Source: Thermodesulfobacteriota bacterium (GTDB taxonomy: Bacteria; Desulfobacterota; Desulfobacteria; Desulfobacterales; C00003060). From it: a stretch of DNA of 64,000 bases. Position 1 is the stretch's first letter, and each line of letters begins with the position of its first letter. This document shows positions 58,065 through 64,000 of this stretch, one piece after another. A model generated the notes under the pieces. The model made no database searches. It saw nothing but the letters and a program-made list of their open reading frames with translations, and was not told the DNA's origin. Both the position numbers and the translations under genes were made by a program. The stretch covers positions 32,001-96,000 of the forward strand of contig JAXHVD010000010.1 in NCBI GenBank assembly GCA_034189385.1. The letters are read 5' to 3'.

Positions 58065-59540
58065 CTATTCTTTGATATAGTTGTAGATGTTCAGGTAGTG
58101 TCGTCCAGGATGGTTCCAGGAGTAGTCGTACCTCATCCCATTGGCCATCAGTTCTCGAAAAAACTGAGGGTAGTCATGCCATAGGCCGATGGCCCTTTTC
58201 ATTGCAGATTTGAGACCTTCGTTGTCAAAATCATTGAACACATACCCATTGCGCTCGTGATAAGCTTTTGAGGCATAATCAGCGTCAAACACGGTGTCTG
58301 CCAATCCCCCAACACCCCGAACAATAGGAACCGTGCCATATTTCATGGCGATCATCTGTGTGAGACCACAGGGCTCAAAGGCGCTTGGCACGACAATCAT
58401 ATCGGCGCCCGCATATATGAGATGAGCCAATTCCTCATCATAGCCAATCTCAAGATGGCAATCTGGATTATCATTCAAGTGGTGCTTCAGTTCCAAAAAA
58501 TCGTTGTTGGTACCAGGATCGGAACTTGAGCCCAGTAGCACAAACTGGCAGCCCTTTTCCAAGGCATAGAAAATCCCGTGCCGTATCAGCCCCACCCCTT
58601 TTTGATGATCTAACCGGCTGATCACGGCAATCATCGGTTTGAAGCCCTGATTCATCCACAGTCTGTTTCGGAGAGTCTCCTTGTTCTTATACTTGTCGTG
58701 AAGCGTTTCTATGGTGTACTGACATGATATGTGGGGATCGATCTCAGGGTTCCATACATTGTAATCCACACCGTTTAAAACCCCTCCAAACTTCACGCCG
58801 TGAACATGCAAGGTGCGTTGCAGACCATAACCCAGATCCGAGTACTTTATCTCCTCTGCATAACGGGGAGAGACAGTGGTCACAAAGTTGGAGTAAACGA
58901 TCCCCCCTTTCATGAGATTGATGGCCCTGTGATTGAAGTTGTCCTGGAGCCGCTCCTGAGTCATGTAATGGGCAGGATTCAGGCCCACCTGTCGAAGGGT
59001 CTGTTCTCCCGTCACCCCCTGGTGCTTGAGGTTGTGCAGCGTGTAGCAAACCCTGGGATGAGTCATCCCCATAGGTTTATAAAGATCAAAGAGAAGCACT
59101 GGTGCCAGAGCCGTCTGCCAATCGTGACAGTGGATGACTTCAGGATGCTTGTTTGCCTTCAGCATAAACTCCAGTGCTGCCCTGGAGAAGAAGGCGAAAC
59201 GTTCAGGGTCGTCGTTATGGCCGTAAAATGTCCCCCGGTTGAAGAAGTGATGAGAGGAGTGTGTGTCGATGAAAAAACACTTGAGACCATCCACAAAGCC
59301 GAAGTACACATCGCAATGCACGCGTTGGTCATGGTAGGGGACCCAGAGATCGCTGTAGGTTCTATGGAGATTCCAGATCCGGTCATAGCGCATGCAATCG
59401 TATTTAGGCAAAATGACCTCTACTGCATTGCCCCGTGTGGCCATCTCACGGGAGAGCCCCTGGACCACGTCTCCCAGGCCGCCTACCTTGGCCACCGGGG
59501 CACACTCTGGGGTGATCATCACGATGTACATGCTGCTCAT
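58065..59540 (-). CDS. glgA: Glycogen synthase
   Basis: AKVGGLGDV, HCHDWQT, SRLDHQKG, PSAFEPCGLTQM, GGLADTV. Confidence 0.96.
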   Translation of the reverse strand: MSSMYIVMITPECAPVAKVGGLGDVVQGLSREMATRGNAVEVILPKYDCMRYDRIWNLHRTYSDLWVPYHDQRVHCDVYFGFVDGLKCFFIDTHSSHHFFNRGTFYGHNDDPERFAFFSRAALEFMLKANKHPEVIHCHDWQTALAPVLLFDLYKPMGMTHPRVCYTLHNLKHQGVTGEQTLRQVGLNPAHYMTQERLQDNFNHRAINLMKGGIVYSNFVTTVSPRYAEEIKYSDLGYGLQRTLHVHGVKFGGVLNGVDYNVWNPEIDPHISCQYTIETLHDKYKNKETLRNRLWMNQGFKPMIAVISRLDHQKGVGLIRHGIFYALEKGCQFVLLGSSSDPGTNNDFLELKHHLNDNPDCHLEIGYDEELAHLIYAGADMIVVPSAFEPCGLTQMIAMKYGTVPIVRGVGGLADTVFDADYASKAYHERNGYVFNDFDNEGLKSAMKRAIGLWHDYPQFFRELMANGMRYDYSWNHPGRHYLNIYNYIKE

Positions 59541-59625
59541 TCCTGGCTGCGAAATTCCAGTCTCTCCCTCCCCAAGTGGAAGGGGCCGGGGGAGTCAGAG
59601 ACTGCTTTGCTTGAACCATCTTGTT

Positions 59626-61233
59626 TCATGTAAGATTAGAGCTGGCTGAAGCTTCATAAAATGAGCGGTAGTCGATCTGTGGAAAGATGTTATTCTGGTC
59701 CTCAATCAAAGAGAGCCATTTCTCATCAATACTGTAGCTTTGAATTTGATCTCTTAGCTTACCCAGACGCGAGAGGTGGGTCTTCGTCCGTAGGGTTCCA
59801 TATTCTGCCATGTCACCTCTGTTGATCATGAAGGCCCAATCACTGGCTTGCGCCACCAGGAGCTCCCTTGCCGCTTGTTTCAGCGCCCTGAGCTGCAGAC
59901 CACGGGCTTGGGGATAATCCCTTGCCAGCCTTTCCATAGAGCGTGCTCCTTTATGGAGCTGGGGATAGATCCAGTCGTTTTTCCCGTTAAGCCACGTTTC
60001 ATGAAACCCTCTGTCTCCCCAACTTGAAGAAGAGGGGGCTGCAACCTGATTTTTGGGGTACTCCTCGAGATATTCAGAAAAGGTAATGAGCCTAAGTGTT
60101 TCTTGCTCCCCACTGACTTTTCGAAGTAAATGATCAAGCCAGCGCGGCCCCTCGAACCACCAGTGGCCCAAGAGTTCCGCGTCGTAGGGTGCTACGATGA
60201 CAGGCTTGCGATCCATCACAGAAGCCAGGTATTCAATCTGTCTTTCCCTGTTGAACATGAAATTGCCCGCATGGATCTCAGTCTTTTTCTCAGCCCACTC
60301 AGGAACGTATACTTCTTTGTGATTGTTCTTTCCCGTAATGCGGAAATACTTGAAACCCGTGTCTACCCGAATGCCGTCACTGTGAATATAGGGTCTGATG
60401 TAATCAAGATCGAGGTCATAGGCAATGTCGCGATAGAACTCCCGGTAGTCATAGTCCCCGGGATAGCCTTCCGTACAACTCCAAACTTGCTTCGATGATT
60501 CGGGGTCCCGCCCAAAGGCAGCCACCCCTGACGGACAAAGGATGGGGCCGTAGACGCCATATCTCGGCCTTGACGCAGCACGGGTAATCCCATGGGTTTC
60601 TAGAATCGTGTAGCGGATACCCTGTTCGCTAAGAAGTTCGTCAACGCCAGGATAGTAACCGCATTCGGGCAACCAGAATCCTTTGGGCCTGCAACCAAAT
60701 GCATGCCTGTAATCTTCGATACCTGTTCGAATCTGTGATCGGACAGCAGATGGGTTGACAGAAAGCAGGGGTAGATAACCGTGCGTGGCAGCGCTCGCTA
60801 TGATTTCTACCTGTCCGAGTTCCTGCAAGCCTTTAAATACCTGGACCAGATTCTGATCATAGCGGTTGAGAAATGCTTCTCGTACATTCAAAAGGCGGTT
60901 GTAGTACATATGGGCCAGGGCGTTGAACTGGGGTTCGGATCTGGTTCGCTTGACCTCTTTTTCGCCCAGTTCTATGAGCCGGTTGAGCTTGTTCATGTAG
61001 CGGGACTGCAAAAAGGGATCAGCAAGCATGGAGGTCAGCGTGGGGGTCATGGACAAGGTCAATCGAAAACCGATCCCGTCCTCCAGGAGGCGCTCCAGAA
61101 CGGAAAGCAAGGGGATATAGGTATCGGTGATGGCCTCAAAGAGCCAGTTCTCTTCTAGGGCATCCCTATATTCAGGATGTCTCACAAAGGGAAGATGGGC
61201 ATGAAGGACGATGGCCAAATAACCCTTTTCCAT
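59626..61233 (-). CDS. GH57 1,4-alpha-glucan branching enzyme (DUF1957)
   Basis: VLHAHLPFV, ATHGYLPL, FWLPECGY, YDAELLGHWWFEG, AQASDWAF. Confidence 0.93.
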   Translation of the reverse strand: MEKGYLAIVLHAHLPFVRHPEYRDALEENWLFEAITDTYIPLLSVLERLLEDGIGFRLTLSMTPTLTSMLADPFLQSRYMNKLNRLIELGEKEVKRTRSEPQFNALAHMYYNRLLNVREAFLNRYDQNLVQVFKGLQELGQVEIIASAATHGYLPLLSVNPSAVRSQIRTGIEDYRHAFGCRPKGFWLPECGYYPGVDELLSEQGIRYTILETHGITRAASRPRYGVYGPILCPSGVAAFGRDPESSKQVWSCTEGYPGDYDYREFYRDIAYDLDLDYIRPYIHSDGIRVDTGFKYFRITGKNNHKEVYVPEWAEKKTEIHAGNFMFNRERQIEYLASVMDRKPVIVAPYDAELLGHWWFEGPRWLDHLLRKVSGEQETLRLITFSEYLEEYPKNQVAAPSSSSWGDRGFHETWLNGKNDWIYPQLHKGARSMERLARDYPQARGLQLRALKQAARELLVAQASDWAFMINRGDMAEYGTLRTKTHLSRLGKLRDQIQSYSIDEKWLSLIEDQNNIFPQIDYRSFYEASASSNLT

Positions 61234-61268
61234 ATTCGACTCTAACCCGGACAAGGCCGAATGATGAC

Positions 61269-62090
61269 TTACCTGTCAGCCGAGTCCTTCTCTTTTCGTG
61301 GAGACGCGCCCCCTTGCGAAGACAGGCCAAGGGTGAACTCCTTTTCGCTCATGTCGGTAAGATCAACACCAGCACCTTCTTCAGATGGGCCTTGAACCCC
61401 TTGGGCAAATGGAACCTGTGGCCGGGCCAAGTCTGTCCCCTGAAAGCTTCTCACCTTGCCGGAGCCTTCTCTGGGAAGGTCTGACCCTGGCCCTGCTCGC
61501 CTTGGCTGAACCGGACTGTCACTGCGTGGGCCTCCATCGGCTTCCATGTCGGACACACCCTGCTTCGGACTCCCCTGCACCACCATGTCCGCCTCATCCC
61601 CTTGGGGGGCAGGCCCCACACGAGGCACCTCTACAACATTGGACCGGGCTATGGGATAGAAGCTCCCTTCTTCACTTCTGAATCCCAATTCAACAAGGTA
61701 TGCGTTGCCGGGACTCCAGAGATGGATATACCGACTCCTCGATTCAAGATCGATATCCACATCAAAGGCGTGGGTTGCATTGCCGCCATGAGAAGCCATG
61801 CTGGTGACACCATAACACCTCAAGACGGCCCTGGATCGTCCGTAGTCCTTATGGGGCCTGTCTCTCACCGTCTTGAGTCTCTCTGAGGCGACCTCCCAGT
61901 AGACATGGATCAAGTAGGGATCAACGGCCACTGCCACTACTATTGTTTCGCCGTATGAGTTATTTGCAGCCGCGGGTGGCTCGTGAAAAGCATAGAGGTC
62001 CTCAACGGTCTTACCCGCCGATTCTTCAGCCCTTTTCTGTGTCCAGGCTTTTGCCTTGGACAGACTTGGTTTTTCAACCTTTTGCGTCAC
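61269..62090 (-). CDS. DUF4912-domain protein
   Basis: YGET...VDPYLIHVYWE...YLVELG...IARSN; usual neighbour of GH57 branching enzyme. Confidence 0.85.
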   Translation of the reverse strand: MTQKVEKPSLSKAKAWTQKRAEESAGKTVEDLYAFHEPPAAANNSYGETIVVAVAVDPYLIHVYWEVASERLKTVRDRPHKDYGRSRAVLRCYGVTSMASHGGNATHAFDVDIDLESRSRYIHLWSPGNAYLVELGFRSEEGSFYPIARSNVVEVPRVGPAPQGDEADMVVQGSPKQGVSDMEADGGPRSDSPVQPRRAGPGSDLPREGSGKVRSFQGTDLARPQVPFAQGVQGPSEEGAGVDLTDMSEKEFTLGLSSQGGASPRKEKDSADR

Positions 62091-62199
62091 GGAAACGCTG
62101 TCTTCCCATAGCTTTGTGAAGTGACTTCTGCTATTTTACCATGTGGCTTTTTTCATTGATGCTACAGGAAATGGAGACAAAACACAACCGCCGCGGGCG

Positions 62200-63504
62200 T
62201 TAATCCTGCAAAACCCTGTCCCTTGCCGTCATGAGAATGATCCCCTGGCCCGGTCTCAATTCATATGAGAACGGCGTGGGGATGTAATCCATGGAATCTT
62301 CCGGAGAAAGGTCAACAAGAGGGGCCCCAGCCTGAACAAGCCCATGGAGGTCTTCTACCCAGAAATGCTGTCTGTTGTGTGCGTCCTTGTTGAGGATGAT
62401 AAGTGACTCTTCTTGTGTCGTGGTGGAGGCTTTCCACATGAGCAACACATTCGGGTTGCCGTGGTTTAGCATCTCCGTAGGAGCCTCCTCTTGAAACACC
62501 GGATGCTCGGCCTTGATTTGGTTTACTCTCTTTAGAAAAGAGGTGAGATCAATGTCTGTTATCTCCCAGTCTGACGGCCTTGTGTTCACGACGTGGAGTT
62601 TTTTGCGAAAACCAAACTCAAAGCCCATGGGCATCATCACACCGGCCGAAAAAAGCGCTGAGAAAAAATAGCGCTGCTTGAGTCCTTCCAAGTTCCCGTT
62701 GACTTCTTCGCAAAGCCTGACCGTATCGTGGCTTTCCGGAAAGCCAATGGACGGGGCAACATCCCGCGTGAGGGCATATTGCTTCATGAGCCAGTGGCTA
62801 TTGAAATCCCACCACTTGGAGCTGTTGAATATGTAATCGAAACCGGCCTTGGCGGTTTCTCTCGTCTGGTCTGGCTGGCATCCCAGGGTCTCTGCAAAGA
62901 AAAGGATATCTGGATCGGCCTCTTTTGTCTCACCGATGAGTCTTTCCCACATACTCTTGGGCACTTGATAGGCTGCGTCGCACCGAAATCCCTTAAAGCC
63001 CAGGCCGGTCAAGAATCTTATGACATTTAGATAGAACTCAACGAGCCCTTGCTTATCTCCCATGGCCCTGTGATCAAACTTTGCCAGATCTTTCCAGACC
63101 ACCTTCTTCCCGTTCTCTTTACAAAAGGGGTGAACCACTTTCCCTTTGCCGTCCCATGCATACCATTCGGGGTGTAATGTAATGAGCTCTGAATCTATGG
63201 AAGAGTGGTTTATCACCAGGTCCACCATCAACTTGATGCCCAGTTCTTCTGCCTTGGCGGCCATCTCCTTTACTTGTTCTTCAGGTGTCCTTTTGCTCCC
63301 TTTATCAACCAGAACAGGGTTGAAGGAAAAATAGTCTCTGATCGCGTAGACACTCCCCGACCTGCCTGGCAAGTGAATGGGGTTGACAAAGACCCAGTTG
63401 AACCCCATCTCAGACGCCCTCAACAGGTGCTTCTCCCAATCTGAAAACCTTCCGGCCAACAAGGGGAACAAGTTGTAGATGATCATCTTCTCCGGTCGTT
63501 TCAT
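62200..63504 (-). CDS. GH13 alpha-amylase-family enzyme
   Basis: DLVINH, GFRCDAAY, FFAETL, ESHDT; catalytic triad intact. Confidence 0.9.
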   Translation of the reverse strand: MKRPEKMIIYNLFPLLAGRFSDWEKHLLRASEMGFNWVFVNPIHLPGRSGSVYAIRDYFSFNPVLVDKGSKRTPEEQVKEMAAKAEELGIKLMVDLVINHSSIDSELITLHPEWYAWDGKGKVVHPFCKENGKKVVWKDLAKFDHRAMGDKQGLVEFYLNVIRFLTGLGFKGFRCDAAYQVPKSMWERLIGETKEADPDILFFAETLGCQPDQTRETAKAGFDYIFNSSKWWDFNSHWLMKQYALTRDVAPSIGFPESHDTVRLCEEVNGNLEGLKQRYFFSALFSAGVMMPMGFEFGFRKKLHVVNTRPSDWEITDIDLTSFLKRVNQIKAEHPVFQEEAPTEMLNHGNPNVLLMWKASTTTQEESLIILNKDAHNRQHFWVEDLHGLVQAGAPLVDLSPEDSMDYIPTPFSYELRPGQGIILMTARDRVLQD

Positions 63505-63541
63505 GTTTTGTCTTCTTCCGTTTTTTGAGCCAACTCTATAT

Positions 63542-63737
63542 CGGGCTGTTGCCCAAATCTCTTTTACCTTGTTCTGAGACGTTTTTTGACAAATCTAAGG
63601 CTTGCTCCAGGCGCTTTCAAAACTCGCCCTTCAAGCTCAAGCACTTGAAATCGCTTGTCTTGCGCATCGCCAAGATTTGTCGGCAAAAAACGCCCCAACG
63701 AACCGGTCAAAGAGATTGCGGTTTGGGCAACATCCCG
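63542..63737. mobile_element. 196-bp palindromic MITE
   Basis: TIRs CGGGCTGTTGCCCAAA / TTTGGGCAACATCCCG (15/16), flanking direct repeat TATAT, internal inverted arms. Confidence 0.85.
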
Positions 63738-63809
63738 TATATGACCTGACCACTCATGCCCTCGTGAGAAATATCGGGCAGGACCTCTTAAACAGGACAG
63801 CCCTCGGTT

Positions 63810-64000
63810 TTACGGACCGATGATCTCCCTGAGCCTGTTGCGCGCTTCTTTGAGAAGCGTAGGTGGTTCTGGCCACTGTTCCAATATGATGGAGCCTGAA
63901 AAGCCCCGCTCCTTCATGCGCTCGATAAACCCCTCTATGCCCGAAACGTCTTCCTTTGACGGGCCCGTGAAGAGTACCTGGTGACTGTCACGGTCTCCAT
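63810..64000 (-). CDS. C-terminus of a probable sugar-phosphate isomerase/epimerase (TIM barrel) protein
   Basis: Manual translation GDRDSHQVLFTG...RGFSGSIILEQWP...EIIGP*; 5' part lies outside the window. Confidence 0.65.
   Translation of the reverse strand, partial: GDRDSHQVLFTGPSKEDVSGIEGFIERMKERGFSGSIILEQWPEPPTLLKEARNRLREIIGP

Noticed and set aside
1..64000. tRNA, rRNA, prophage, autonomous IS or defence island
   Set aside because: I recognised no such sequences, integrase or transposase by eye; tRNAscan-SE and Infernal would be needed to exclude small RNAs.

Overview
Ordinary chromosomal DNA from an anaerobic bacterium, most likely a deltaproteobacterium (Desulfobacterota-like; inferred from gene content). 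In order it holds: a UPF0210/ACT pair, a K+ channel with recC-recB (no recD), a stand-alone TsrM-like cobalamin radical-SAM-fold methyltransferase, an alanine/glycine symporter, a sulfotransferase, a PilZ protein, an ADP-forming acyl-CoA synthetase with a DRTGG protein, a B12 radical SAM / SPASM-TPR / rnc / radical SAM cluster, and a sigma-54-driven type IV minor pilin operon (fimU-pilW-pilV-pilX-pilY1-pilY2). These are followed by a three-gene unit (SidJ-related pseudokinase, queuosine-salvage glycosylase Qng1/DUF2419, and a TGT with a queuine-type pocket), sirC-ccsA-hemA-fabD, modE-moeA, an expanded 10-gene arsenic operon carrying FmdE and TauE genes, and an alpha-glucan/glycogen operon (GH13, DUF4912, two GH57, glgA, PAC2). 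At least seven small non-autonomous repeat/MITE insertions are visible; three have clear target-site duplications. The best candidate for an undescribed system is the SidJ-like / qng1 / tgt operon: removing a TSD-flanked insertion restores a TGATG stop/start overlap between qng1 and tgt. I recognised no rRNA, tRNA, CRISPR array or transposase. All family calls are motif recognition from memory, not database searches.
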